DNA from: Pristiophorus japonicus
Taxonomy: Eukaryota
DNA: 64,000 bases
Direction: 5' to 3'
Assembly (NCBI RefSeq): GCF_044704955.1
Contig: NC_091998.1
Span: forward strand, 44,516,001 to 44,580,000
Shown here: positions 1-12,653 of the stretch, piece by piece
Layout of the letters: each line of letters starts with the position of its first letter
How positions within the stretch are numbered: position 1 is the first letter of the stretch
Program-made: the position numbers and the translations under genes
The notes under the pieces: generated by a model
Told to the model about the DNA's origin: nothing
The model's input: the letters and a program-made list of their open reading frames with translations, nothing else
Database searches by the model: none

Positions 1-50
1 TCTGACGAAGGATCATCAACCTGAAATGTTAACTCTGTTTCTCGCTCCTC
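1..50 (+). mobile_element. Penelope-like element terminal fragment with hammerhead-ribozyme-like core
   Basis: CTGACGA-AGG..CCT-GAAA-TGTTAACTCTGTTTCTC; the same motif follows the GIY-YIG-like fragment at 30488-30990. Confidence 0.55.
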
Positions 51-552
51 AATTACTGCCCTGTTTGATATCAACATATACCAGTAATCAGGGATGTGAA
101 GGTTGTATGGTAAGTTGTATATTGGGCAGTGCCTTTAACCGATTGGGAAGACTATCTGCTGTGTGAGTCCTATCCCTCTAATTCTTCTATCCCAATGAGT
201 CACCTGTATATTTGAGGCCTTCTGCAGTCGATGAGCACGATATTTTGTTAAACTGCAAACACAATAGTAATATAGGGCCATTTTATTGAGAAAATCTTTT
301 AGCTTAATCGGACCATTAGAGTGTTATTAGTGGTGCTGAGGGTGGGGACACGTATAGAGCTGATTCTTGTCTTGGTGATACCCAGTACCACCTTTTTTGG
401 TTCAGTTAAAATGAGCCATATCTCAATGAGTTTTGCTCATGATGTCGAGGTGTTTGAGAGAGAAAAGCAATTAGTGCAGCTGACCGAGACGGTAATACCT
501 CGTCCAGGGCACTTTATTTAGAATTAGATTTATAGATCAGCTCGGCAAAAAA

Positions 553-627
553 TTGAGCACAAGAATCTAGTTTGACACTCCAGTACAGGACTGAGGGAGT
601 GCTGCACTGTCAGAGATGCCGTCTTTC
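553..627 (+). mobile_element. Deu-domain tRNA SINE (SacSINE1-like), left part; continues at 6298-6393
   Basis: ctgagggagtgctgcactgtcagagatgccgtctttc matches the copies at 55423-55815 (+) and 25975-26400 (-). Confidence 0.7.
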
Positions 628-1347
628 AACAACAACAACTTGTATTTATATAGAGCCTTTGATGTGAAACATTCCAAGGTGCTTCACAGGAGTATAAGGA
701 GATAAAAAATTTGACACGAGCTGCATAAATAGAAATTAGCGCAGGTGAACAAAAGCTTGGTAGAAGAGGTAGGTTTTAAGGAGTGTCCCGAAGGAAGAAA
801 GAGAGGTAGCGAGGCGGAGACGTTTAGGCAGGGAGTTCCAGAGCTTGGGGCCTAGGCAACAGAATGGTTGAGCGATTATAATCAGGGATGCTCAAGAGGG
901 GAGAATTAGAGGAGCGCAGGCATCTTGGGGGGGGGGGGGGGGGTGGACGGGGGGGTTGTGGGGCTGGAGGAGATTACAGAGATAGGGAGGGGCAAGGCCA
1001 TGGAGGGATTTGAAAATAAGGATGAGAATGTTGAAATCGAGGAGTTGCTTAACCGGAAGCCAATGCAGGTCAGCGAACATAGGGATGATTGGTGAGCGGG
1101 ACTTGGTGCAAGTTAGGACACGGGCAGCTGAGTTTTGGATCACCTGTCGTTTATGTAGGGTAGAATGTCGGAGGCCAGCCAGGAGTGCGTTGGAATAGAC
1201 AAGTCTATGGTAACAAAGAAATGGATGAAGGCTTCAGCAGCAGATGAGCTGAGGCAAGGGCGGAGACGGGCGATGTTACGGAAAATAGGCGGACTTAGAT
1301 ATGTGGTCGAAAGCTCATTTCAGGGTCAAATTTAACACCAAGGTTGT
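628..1347 (-). mobile_element. L2-clade LINE 3' part (decayed)
   Basis: Minus-strand peptide IQNSAARVLTCTKSRSPIIPMFADLHWLPVKQ..LHGLAPPYL typical of L2 ORF2 C-terminus; (GTT)n-type tail at 628-641. Confidence 0.85.
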
Positions 1348-1520
1348 TGTAATGTCTGTAAGCTTGTAATGTTTGTAGCTCCACACTGTGGATGTGGACG
1401 TATTGTGTACTGCAACTGCATAGTTAATAATAAACAGAACCAGGCAGATTCCGGAGGCTTCCGAGAGAGCTGCCTGCCATGTTAGGAGCTGTGTGTGCTG
1501 TGTTCTATGAAGATTTCACA
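1348..1520 (+). repeat. 5' LTR (173 bp)
   Basis: Direct repeat of 5881-6044; starts TGTAAT, ends TCACA, internal AATAAA. Confidence 0.95.
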
Positions 1521-1522
1521 TT

Positions 1523-1540
1523 TGGCGACGGAGATGGGAT
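1523..1540 (+). other. Primer-binding site, tRNA-Ser(GCU)-like
   Basis: TGGCGACGGAGATGGGAT 2 nt after the LTR; the complement of the vertebrate tRNA-Ser(GCU) 3' end as I recall it is TGGCGACGAGGATGGGAT (2 mismatches). Confidence 0.7.
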
Positions 1541-1683
1541 TTTTCGGATGATTTAAAGCTTAAATTTTGTTGGAAAAGGATTCAGCTAGCTGACAGAGAG
1601 ACTTTGGAAGTTTCTGTCTTTGGAAAAAAGCTACAAAATCCGAGGTAAAATACAGCACACGGTGGGAACAGCTAGAGATTAAA

Positions 1684-4600
1684 ATGGCAGGTGTAATTGG
1701 ACATTTGGGGGAATATAGCCACAACCGGGAACATTTTAAAGCGTATGTGGATCGGCTAGAAATGTATTTCACTGCAAATAACATAGTCAAAGTTCCAGAC
1801 AATGCAGTCCAGAACCGGGCTGTGTTGGAACATAAGAAAGCGATCTTCTTATTGGAGGCGGGTCCGACATTGTACGAAACCCTTGTAAATCTGCTTGTGC
1901 CTGACGAGCCAAAGGACGCAACGCTTAAAGAGATTTTAATGAAGCTGGAGCAGCACCATAACCCCAAACCGTTAGAAATTGCTGAAAGCTATCGTTTCGG
2001 GATTTGGAATCAAAAGGCTGAAGAAAGTATCAGTGATTACATCGTAGCATTAAAAAAGTTATCGATGCACTGTAATTTTGGAAACTTTCAAAACCGAGCA
2101 TCACGGGATCGTTTTGTTTGTGGGGTGAAAAATGATGCGATCAGAAGGAAGTTATTGACGACGGATGATTGACTTTTGAGATTGCTTGTCAGACAGCGAG
2201 GTCGATGGGCATGGCCGAACAATATTCCCGAGAATGAAATAATGATTACGGTCGTCAGTCAACTGAGGTAAATCACCTGCAGGTTCAAAGTAAAAGACGG
2301 TGGGGGCCCAAAGTCTCAGAAACTGGAAATTCTAAGAGCATCAAAGTCGTGCTATAGGTGCCTGGGACAACACATTGCTCAAAGTTGTCCATACGTGAAG
2401 GCAGAGTGTTTCTTCTGCAGAAAGACTGGGCATCTTGCGAAGGCTTGCCGACTGAAGGGTAAACCAGCTTTCAAAGCTATGAGTAGGAATCCCAAGAGAC
2501 TACATGGCATGGAAGAACAACAACAGGACGAGGAGATGTTAGAGTTAAACGTCATCAGGAGCACGAGGTTAACGGACAGCGATTCGGAAAGCATCAAAAT
2601 CCACATAGATGTTGCGGGATTCAAGATACCAATGGAAATTGACACGGGTGCATCCGTGAGTGTAGTACCGGAGTTGCTGTACCTCAACAAATTGCGTGAT
2701 TTCTAACTGGAGAAATCCAAGATAGAGCTGCGAGGCTACTCGGGAGAGAAAATTCCTGTGGTAGGTCGTATCATCATACCGATGAAATATAAAGATCAAT
2801 TTCAGAACTTGCCTCTAATAGTAGTGAAAGGAGACAAGTCTGCCTTACTAGGAAGAAATTGGTTGAGCTCACTGAAGCTGGATTGGAGTAAGATTTTCTG
2901 TGTGGAAGCGAGATTTTCATTAACGGATGAGGTTATCAAGAAGTATCCGAAGGCGTTCTGCGAAACGGGCAGTCCGATCCAAGGCTTCAAGGCGAGCGTC
3001 AGGGTACAGAAGGACACTAGATCGGTTTACTACAAGCCATATTCCGTACCATTTGCACTCAAGGAGAAAGTTGAGCAAGAACGCAAAAGATTAGAGACTG
3101 AGAACATTATTTGTAAGATAGATCGATGTAATTGGGCTACACCCATTGTTGTTGTACCCAAGTCCGACGGTAAGGTAAGATTGTGTGGTGATTATAAAGT
3201 AACTGCAAACCAGGTTCTAGAGGGTAATGTCCCCAATACATTGCCGAATATAGAAGATTTGTTTACAACACTGACAGGTGGTCAGATCTTCTCAAAACTG
3301 GATCTTACGAACGCCTACTTACAGCTTGAAACTAAATGAGGAGTCCAAGTCATGACTGACTATAAATACTCATCTAGGCCTATATCAATTTAATAGGCTA
3401 CCGTTCGGAGTGTCTTCCGCTCCTGCCATATTCCAAGGGTTGATGAACCAGATTTTGCAAGGTATGGAGGGGGTAGTATGTTATTTGGATGACATACCAA
3501 TTTCAGCACCAAATAGGCAAATTCATAACATATTGAATGAAGTCCTCAAACGGCTAGAGAAGTACAGCATGCGAGTGTCTGCTCGTAAGTGTGAGTTATT
3601 TAAAAATTCAGTGGAGTATTTAGGGTACAGAGTAGACAAAGATGGTTTACATCCAACCATGGAAAAATTGGATGCAATTAGAAATGCACCCACTCCCAGG
3701 AATGTCACTGAACTTCGTTCATTCTTGGGTCTTTTGAACTATTATGGGAAGTTCCTACCAAATTTGGTTACAGTATTACATCCACTGAATGAACTTTTGA
3801 AAAAACAGGTCCATTGGAAGTGGTCAAAAAAATGCAATGCAGCATTCAAGGAGTGTAAAAGCAAATTGGAAGAGAGCACCATGTTAGTTCACTATGATGT
3901 ATCTAAGGAGATTAAGCTAGCATGTGATACCTCTCCGTATGGAGTTCGGGCAGTGATCTCTCATGTATCACGTAGTGGGGAGGAGAGACCAATTGCTTTT
4001 GCTTCACGCACTCTCAGTGCCAGTGAGAGTAATTATGCTCAAATTGAAAGGGAGCTTTGGCATTAATTTTTGGGGTCAAGAAGTTTCACAAATACTTGTA
4101 TCGTCGTAAGTTTACCATCGTTACGGACCATAAGCCCCATCAGCAATCTTCCATCCAAAGTCCCCAGTTCCAATATTAGCTGCAGCCCGAATGCAGAGAT
4201 GGGCTTTGATTTTGTCAGCATATACATATGATATTGAATACAGACGATCAGCTGATCACAGTAATGCTGATGCAATGTCTAGATTGCCTTCCCCATCACA
4301 AGTTACACCCGATAGGAAAGAAGTGTTTTATTTTTCATACACTGATGAATTGCCAGTCACAGCTGAAGAGATTGGCAGAGCAACCAAACGTGAACCAGTG
4401 ATGTCAAAAGTGTATGAGTATATTGCAAATGGATGGCCAAACCAGCTAACAGACAAAGATACACATCCATTCTTCATTCGTAGGAATTAATTATCAGTCG
4501 ATAAAGATTGTATCATGTGGGGTGTAAGAGTGGTCCAAATTATTAGGAGACCTCCATGACCAGCACCTGGGAATGTGCTTGATCAAGAGTTTTGCATGCA

Positions 4601-5783
4601 GTTATTTATGGTGGCCAGGTCTTGATAAAGATATAGAGTACATCGTGAGTCAGTGTACGACATGTCAATTGGTAAGCAAGCAACCACCACCAGTCCCATT
4701 ACAGCCATGGAAACGGCCTCCCAGGGTGTGGCAAAGGCTACGTATTGATTTTACTGAGTTAGAAGGACAACAATTGTTCATTATGATTGATAGCCATTCG
4801 AAGTGGGTTGAGGTGTTTTCAATGTGGAAAATAACAAGTTAAACATTGGACATTTTACGAAAATTATTTTCTTCATTTAGCCTCCTTGAAGAAATTGTTT
4901 CAGATAATGGACCACAATTTCGTTCAGAAGAATTTGCACAATTCACGAGCAAAAATGGTGTGAAACATACCAAGGTTCCACCATACCATCCTGCTTCGAA
5001 TGGTGCAGCAGAGCGCACTGTACAAATTGTAAAACATGCCCTCATAAAACAAATATTAGGTCCAAATCCAAGGAAACGACAGTTGTCATTGGATCACAAA
5101 TTGGCTAATTTTTTTTGATTACATATCGAAACACACCTCATACAACTACTGGTAGAACACCAGCAGAGTTGTTTCTCAAACGACAGCCACGAACCAGATT
5201 CTCGTTGTTCAAACCAAATTTGGCACAGTTCGTAGAAGAGACACAATTAAGACAGTAGGAGAAGCATGATAGAGATAGAGTAAAAGAGAGACGTGTGAAA
5301 TTAAACCAGAAGGTGAGAGTGAAGAACCATCACCATAAATGGTTAAAGTGATTACCCGGAAGAGTGGTGAAGATATGTTGTCCTCGCACATATTTGGTAA
5401 AGATGTTTGATAATGGACAGGTTAGGTTTGTTCATATTGATCATATTTTACCTACAGACATGGAAGGAGTTGAAGGTGGGAATGATTCAATTATTTCTGA
5501 CTCATCAGATAGTTTTGATATACTAGTAGAAAATCCTAAATCCAAGGTACTGGAAACAAATCCAGGAGAGAATCAGAATGAAAGTCTGAGTCCGAGTCAG
5601 GAAAACAAAGGGCCTGAAGTTAGAGTGAGTTCAAATGAAAATCGAGGAAATTCCGTGGAGGAAAACGTTCCTCAGGATGAGCCTCGAATGAGTTTAGATT
5701 TGACACCATGTTTGGAAGGTTCTGTTCGAGAGCGAAGATATCCTCTTCGAAACAGAAAACAAGTGGTAAAGTTAAATTTGTAA
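1684..5783 (+). pseudogene. Gypsy gag-pol, broken by stops and frameshifts
   Basis: Gag (LRDRFVCG-like; knuckle CFFCRKTGHLAKAC), protease IDTGASVS, RT YLDDI, RNase H LACDTSPYG..ERPIAFASRTL, integrase WWPGLDKDI..CTTC and SDNGPQF..PYHPASNGAAER spread over several ORFs. Confidence 0.93.
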
Positions 5784-5880
5784 ATATGGAAAAAAATAAG
5801 TTTATATCCTGTGTTATGTATAATATTGAAAGTTATGTATGATGTTTGTTATAATAACTTCTTCATTAAGGAGGGAGAAG

Positions 5881-6044
5881 TGTAATGTCTGTAAGCTTAT
5901 AATGTTTGTAGCTCCACACTGTGGATATGGACATATTGTGTACTGAAACTGCATAGTTAATAATAAACAGAACCAGGCAGATTCCGGAGGCTTCCGAGAG
6001 AGCTGCCTGCCATGTTAGGAGCTGTGCTCTGTGAAGATATCACA
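5881..6044 (+). repeat. 3' LTR (164 bp)
   Basis: Preceded by purine tract AAGGAGGGAGAAG; differs from 5' LTR by about 7 substitutions and a 9-bp indel. Confidence 0.95.
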
Positions 6045-6296
6045 GTTGTGAACAGTTTGCTTCTGCCTCAGACAAAAGTTGGTGAGATGGATGGAGTCAG
6101 TGCCTAGGGAACAGAGTTCGTGGCAGGGACCGAAAACAATGACTTTGGTCTTCCCAATATTCAATTGGAGAATATTTCTGCTCACCCACAACTGGATGTT
6201 GGACAAGCAGGTCTGACAATTTAGAGACCGTGGAGGAGTCGGGAGAAGTGGTAGTGAGGTAGAGCTGGGTGTCATCAATGCACATGTGGAAACTGA
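6045..6296 (-). mobile_element. L2 LINE, RT-proximal part (same copy as 628-1347)
   Basis: Minus-strand FHMCIDDTQLYL (degenerate YADD) and LQLNIGKTKVIVFGP; reading continues across the Gypsy TSD. Confidence 0.85.
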
Positions 6297-6297
6297 A

Positions 6298-6393
6298 ACT
6301 CGGACGAGACGTTAAAAACACGGCCCTCTCAAGTGGACGGAAAAGATCCCATGGCACTATTTCGAAGAAGACTTATGCCCGGTGTCCTGGCCA
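6298..6393 (+). mobile_element. Deu-domain SINE, right part
   Basis: cggacgagacgttaaa..agatcccatggcactatttcgaagaag continues 553-627. Confidence 0.7.
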
Positions 6394-6689
6394 TACAAAG
6401 TTGGGGGAGACTGCTTTTGCCAAGTCAACTATTGTGAGAAAGAGGAAGTTAACGCCTAAAGGAAGTAAGTCGAGGGGGAATGCTAACAGGGCATGGACCA
6501 GGCAAGACAAGACCCTGGCAGGGCACTCCTATCCCCCCTGAATACCAGAGTGACTACTTACCAATAATGGGTCTCTGGTTGATTTGCACCGTCAGCAGCC
6601 CGGGGAAAGAGCTGCAGCCTAAGAGGAGAAGCAAGAGTGCAGCCATCATTATGTTGCCCAAATGTTAATTTCCAACGCAGAAGTACCGC

Positions 6690-6972
6690 TCGCATTAACA
6701 CACTGCTGACTCTCCGAACGATGCGAAACCAGCAAAGCTTACAGCGGCGCTCCAGTAACCCAGAAGGTATATGGGGGAGGTTTTGGCCGGGATCTCCCAC
6801 CCCCAGCTGGGTGTTGGCGTCACAGGGAGGTATTGTCCCGCCTCAACGGCGCGGCCAGAGGCGGAGACGGCGCTGGCCAGATATGGCAGCGTGAACCAAG
6901 CAGCGCCGCCCGTGCCGAGCAGGGAGCCCCCAGCATCATGTGAAGCGGGGCATCGGGGCCACGAGTGACCAG
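6690..6972 (+). promoter_or_regulatory. CpG-rich candidate promoter / non-coding exon 1 of ITPRIPL1
   Basis: Local CpG/GC enrichment ending in consensus donor CAG|GTAAGA (GT 6973-6974); the coding exon has an acceptor 1 nt before its ATG and so needs an upstream exon. Confidence 0.5.
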
Positions 6973-7309
6973 GTAAGAGGCAGTGGAGCCCGCCGCAACA
7001 CAAGAGCGCTTCATCAGGCTCCCTTAAAGCCAAGTCCCAGGCTGCATATGTTCCCCCTTCCCCCCCACCCAGTTAGAGCTCCTCCTCCTGCAGAAAAACC
7101 TGAAACTTTAGTTTCTGTTACTTAGAACCACCTCCAGCACATTTACATTCCTCCCTGCTAGACCCAACACCCTTTGAACAACTCCTGCTGACTTTTTTAA
7201 ATGTTGGCAATTAAAAGTCAAATATGTGCCCCTTTTTTTTTACCCATAAGACCTGTAAATTAACAAAAAAAAGTTTAAAGAAACCTTTAACAAATTAAAT
7301 CAAAATTCT

Positions 7310-7960
7310 ATTTCCTGTTGTGATAATTCACTCCAGTCCCACCGGTCGCTAAAGACCTCGAGCGTGCCGGTGGACACAGCGTGCTCCATCTCTAGGGTGT
7401 AAACATAGCCGCGGAAGTGAGGCAGGCAGGCAGTCGGGCCGAATGACACCCTTGACCGCCCGCTGCCTGGACCTGTTGATGGCCACCGTGGCCAGGCCCA
7501 GTCCTACGGGGAGGTCCTCCGACTTGCCCGCTCCCCGTGCACCCCCACCCCAGGTGACCAAAAATCAGGACTGAGGGACTGAACTGGAACCACTAATCGA
7601 GAAGCAGCCCCTACAAATAGTGGAAGGGGAGCTGCAACCTCTCCCGCTCGACGTATATATGGAACACGGACTCCTCCGCAGAAAATGCGGGAGTCCTTAA
7701 ACCCACTTAAACTCGTGCAACACCCTCCAGGCCAAGTCCCCAATAGATAAAGGGAGGACTCCCGCATAGAGAGCCCTCCTTGGGGACCCCCGCCTCCTCC
7801 GGATGGCAAGATAGTGCACCAAGACGTGTCCGGATGACAAAATGGAGGGTGTGCACGAGCAGCCCGTAGAGGAATCCCCCTCCGTGCAGAAATGGAAAGA
7901 CACGGAGGGGATTTCACAACTCCTGCAGTACCCCTCTCCACCAGTAAACTCTGTACCAAT
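7310..7960 (-). mobile_element. Tx1-clade LINE ORF2 3' fragment
   Basis: Minus-strand [25 protein letters not shown] and GDLAWRVLH; related to 31940-32425. Confidence 0.75.
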
Positions 7961-9746
7961 TTGGGCGAGGGTTCACCTTTATCAATTCCTTCTTCTCTTC
8001 CCTCAACCTCACCTCATTCCACCTCACTTCAAATAGCTCCTATGCTGGGATTCACACTTGCCCCAGTCTAGGGTTCAATGACCTACAGTTGAAGCAGCAA
8101 TTTTCATTCTGTTGCCTTGTGTATTGTGCATCCGCCACATGTGGTCAGTTGGAAATCCAAATGTCGCTAGTCATTTCTGATTAAAAATGAGTAAAAGACA
8201 CTGTCCTTGGGTTGTGATTTCAATACTCATTGGCACTGTGTACTTTAACCTATTTGTGTGTTTGCTGGTAAAATGGTAAGATAAAAAGCAGTGTGCGAGT
8301 GCTTTTTGATTGAGACTGATTTTCTTCCTTGATTACTGAATGGTGGTAAATGTTTAAGTAAATATACATGGGAAGTACATGTACCTGTGTCCGTGATTGT
8401 ATGTAAGGTGTTTTCTACTAAAATTAATGCTTGTGGCTATAATGATGTTGCTGTAGCTACACTTGTCAGCAATTTGTATTGGAAAACACTGGTGAGTTTG
8501 CCTTATCCTGGAGGACTATGCCCTTTTTTCTTTAGAATATGATCAAGGAACATAAAAGTTATGATATTGGCAGGATTTCCCACACTCTCGCTTCCTTGAA
8601 AGCCTACATAGTTCACTAGTTTGCTTTTCCCCAGTTTCAAGCATTCTTGGTCTTCATGCAATGCTTCTTCCCAACCTTTTGTACTTCTTTTCAAAAATAG
8701 GTAAAGTAGGCCTCCCTTGTTTAGTGGCTGTTGCTCCAACATTTCTTTTCAACATTCTTTCATCAACATCCATCCTTTTTAGGATACAATACTGACTTTA
8801 TCAGAGCTTATTCTACCTTTTTTACAGTGTCCTTTTGTGACAATAGAATGATTCCAACTCTTGTAATAGGATTCACGTCCAAGTGAGTGCCGGGATACTG
8901 GTGATCAGAGATGTTGTCATGAAAGTGCCTTTGAATGCTGGGGATACCTAAACTCCTGTAACACCTCTCTTGCTCTCCTGGACAAGACATAAGAAAATGT
9001 TTAGCTGGTGATGAAACCAATGCAGAATATAAATGGGAAGTCTTTAAGAACAAAATTTAAAAAAAATATGGACAACAAAAATGTGCCTAAAGTCAAAAGA
9101 GAGTGTGGTACGAAAAAGCCAAGGTGGCTGACTGTTCATGTACAAAGACAAATGAGATGTAAACATAAATATTTCTACAAATTAAAGTCATATAATACAC
9201 AACAAAACAGAAAGCGGGAATAGCTAAAGAAAACTAAGGCCACTATTAGATCAGCTAAAAGGATAATGGAAAAGAGGACAGCAGATAATTATGGAAGTAA
9301 TGGGAAAAGCTTTTTCAGTTATGTGACGAGTCAGAAAACGGTCAAAGACTGTATTGGGCCATTGAAGAATACTTGAGGACTGGTTACTAAGGACTCACTG
9401 GTTATGCCGGACATACTAAATGAGCACTTTACATCGGTCTTCACTCTTTAAGATAATGCTTGACTGTCAGAATTCAGTGATATTATTAATACATTTAATA
9501 TTAACCTACTTGATACTTAGATAAATACAATTAGCAAGCTTAAAATAGATATGGCAACCTCTCTGGATGAAATCCACCCAAGGATTTTCGGGGAGATGGG
9601 ACAGGGGCTGTGTGAGCCCCTTGACTTAGCTCTTTAATAGCTCGCTGGACTCTCGGACTGTTCCCTTAGACTGAAAGGAGGCTAATGTAGTCCCAATCTT
9701 TTTTAAAAAAGGGGGTAAGACGGATCTGGGTAACTATAGGCCCATT

Positions 9747-10177
9747 AGTGGTAATATTACTTGTCTAGTAATCCAGAAGCCTGGACTATTGATCCGGAGA
9801 CATTAATTCAAATCTCACCACGTCAGCTGGGGAATTTAAATACAATTGAAATAAATCTGGAATAAAATGCTAGTTTTAGCAATGGTGACCATGAAACTAC
9901 CAGATTACTACCGGTAAAAACCCATCTGGTTCACTAATGTCCTTTAGGGAAGGAAATCTGCTGTCCTTACCTGGTCTGGCCTATATGTGACTCCAGACCC
10001 ACAGCAATGTGGTTAACTATTAACTGTCTTCTGAAATGTACCAAACCGTTATAATAAAGTATACTCACCTTCTCCAGCATTGGTTCAAGAAGGCGGCTCA
10101 CTTCTCAAGGGAAATTAGGAATGGGCAATAAATGCTGGCCTTGCCAGTGATGCCCACATCCCATGAACACATTTTTA
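9747..10177 (+). mobile_element. HE1-like elasmobranch SINE
   Basis: tRNA-like head and 3' tail GGGCAATAAATGCTGGCCTTGCCAGTGATGCCCACATCCCATG shared with 46817-46860; interrupts CR1 NYRPIS|LMSVIGK. Family name from memory. Confidence 0.65.
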
Positions 10178-10239
10178 TTGAAAGTTTGATGTCAGTAATA
10201 GGGAAAAAGCTGGAAGGAATCATTAGGGATGCAATATCT

Positions 10240-10970
10240 GGGCCGAAAATTGCAGTCGGAGGCTTCCTTCGGACGAACACCTCCAACCCGAAAAAAAATC
10301 TACGAAAATACCTGGTGGTCCCGGAGGAACGCAAGATTCCAGTCGGAGGCCTTCATTTGTTGCGCAGCGCACGGTAACAGGTCTTCGAGGTATGTACGCA
10401 TATGCTGGAATCACGTAGGTCTGGGCCACCAATCACTATTCTCATTGATAATAATGGGAACGCCGTTTGTACGAGCTCCCATTAATATCAATGAGAAAAA
10501 AACCCTAAAACAAGAAACACAGTGCAATAAATTAAAAAAAACAATTAGCATATTTAAAATTAATTGAAATTGAATATAATTCAATGTTTTAGAAAATGTT
10601 TTATTTTAATAGGGTTAAAAATAAACTTACCTTAATGGACAGGGTTTTTAATATAAAAATTAGTGATTACATTTAATTTTTCTATGTTTTAAAACACTTA
10701 AGCTGGTAAAAGTGAGTTATGCGCCTGCTTTTACCAGGCGTAAGAGTTTGAAGGACATTCGCTGGGCAGGAGTTGGGTAAATAGCCCAATCTCTGCCCTG
10801 CGGATGTCCTTCCTGCGGCGAAGTGTAGGATCTGTCTAAAGAAATTTTGACAGATCGGAAAAGCTGGTTCTCGATGCATGCACATCGCGTACAGAGAACC
10901 GGCTTTTGTAAGGCCTCGCCGGGTGTGCGCGCACTTTGTACGCACCCAGCGAGGCCGCAATGTTCGGCCC
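10240..10970. mobile_element. Non-autonomous DNA transposon, PIF/Harbinger-like MITE
   Basis: Imperfect TIRs GGGCCGAAAATTGC / GCAATGTTCGGCCC; splits CR1 IIRDAI|DYLDKKG; TSD not clean. Confidence 0.7.
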
Positions 10971-11899
10971 ATGATTACTTGGATAAAAAGGGAAATATTA
11001 AGGACACCCAACATGGCTTCAAAAAATAAAGGACGTCCTGTCTTATAAATTTGATTTGTATTTTTTGAACAAGTCACTAAGATAATGGATGAGGAAAACC
11101 TGGTAGATATTGTCTACCTAAACGTCCATGAGGCTTTTGACATGGTACCACATATGGGGCTTTTCTACAAGATAAAACGCTCGTGTATTAGTGGCAGTCT
11201 ACTGCACTGGATTGTGAACTGGCTGAAAGCCCGTAGACAAATATGGTTGTAGGTCGATTTGGATCTGCTTGGAGTCCGGTCACCAATGCTGTCCCGCAGG
11301 GATCGTGTTAGGACCGTTGCTGTTTACTATTATTAATGATCTAGATGTGGGTGTTGGGGGAACGATCTGCAAGTTTGCTGATGATAGTAAGATATGTGTG
11401 AGAGTAAAGGCTGTTGACGATGTTCGACTACTAGAGGCAGATCTAGATGTGCTGTGTTATTGGGCTCGGGACTGGCAAATGATCTTTAACTTAGAAAAGT
11501 GCAGTTATGCATGTGGGCAGGGTGAATGCTGCCATGGTATAACCTTCAGGGGAAAGTACTAAAGCGGTGGAGAAAGAGAGGGAGATCTGGGCGTTTTAGT
11601 GCATAAAAGATCTCAAGGTTCATGACCAATACCGTAAAGCGATTGCTAGAGCAAATAGGGTACTAGGATATATTTATATAGGAAATTTGACTATAAAACA
11701 AAGCATACTATTTTGTCCTTGCACTCGGCCTCAGTTAGAATACTGTGTCCAGTTTTGATGGTCTCCTGTGGTGGATGATATTGAGGCTTTGGAAAGGGTG
11801 CAGAGGAGGATAGCTAGGTTAATTCCCAGTTTGAAGCATCTTGCTTATCAAGACAGCCTAAAAGAGCTGAGACTCTTCACTTTAGAGAAGCGCAGACTT

Positions 11900-12653
11900 C
11901 ATAGAATCATATAATGATGCAGCACATAAGGATTTGATCCATTGTACTTGTGTCAGCTCTTTGGTAGAGCTATCTAATTAATCCCACTCCCCCGCTCTTT
12001 CCTCATAACCTTGTCATTGAATCTGCTTCCACCACCGTTTCAGGCAGTGCATTCCAGATCACAACAACTTACTGCGTATTATTTTTTTAAAGTTTCCTCA
12101 TGTCGCCTCTGGTTCTTTTGCCAATCATATTAAATCTATGTCCTCTGGTTACTGATCTTTCTGCCACTGGAAATCGTTATTTACTCTACAAAACCATTCA
12201 TGATTTTGAACATCTCTATCAAATCTCTTCTTAACCTTCTCTCCTCTAAGAAGAACAACCCCAGCTTCTCAGTCTCTCCACGTAACTGAAGTCCTTCATC
12301 CCTGGAACCATTCTAGTAAATCTCACCTGCACCCTTTCCAAGGCCTTCACATCCTTCCTAAAGTGTGTGTCCAAAATTGAACACAATACTCCAGCTGTGA
12401 CCTAACCAGTATTTTATAAATGTTTAGCATAACTTCCTTGCTTTTGTACTCTATTCCTCTATTAATAAAGCCACAGATCTCATATGCTTTTTTAACAGCC
12501 TTCTCAATTGGCCCTGCGCACTTCAAAGATTGGTGTACATACATCCACAGGTCTCTCTGTTCCTTCGCCCCTTTTAAAATTGATCCATTTAGTTCATATT
12601 GCTTCTCCTCATTCTTCCTACCAAAATGTATCACTTCACACTTCTCTGTGTTA
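11900..12653 (-). mobile_element. CR1 LINE 3' fragment
   Basis: Minus-strand IHFGRKN..EYKSKEVMLNIYKILVRSQLEYCVQFW; tail at 11900. Confidence 0.85.

Larger units (their letters stand above)
1348..6044 (+). mobile_element. Full-length decayed Ty3/Gypsy LTR retrotransposon (Mag/K02A2.6-like), 5-bp TSD GTTGT
   Basis: LTRs 1348-1520 and 5881-6044 (TG..CA); GTTGT at 1343-1347 and 6045-6049; PBS 1523-1540; PPT 5868-5880; domain order gag-PR-RT-RH-IN. Confidence 0.95.
8990..11899 (+). mobile_element. Old CR1 LINE ORF2 remnant, interrupted by younger elements; resumes 12652-12806
   Basis: KPRWLT, NYRPIS, QHGF, GIVLGPLLFTIINDL..KFADDSK motifs with stops. Confidence 0.8.
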
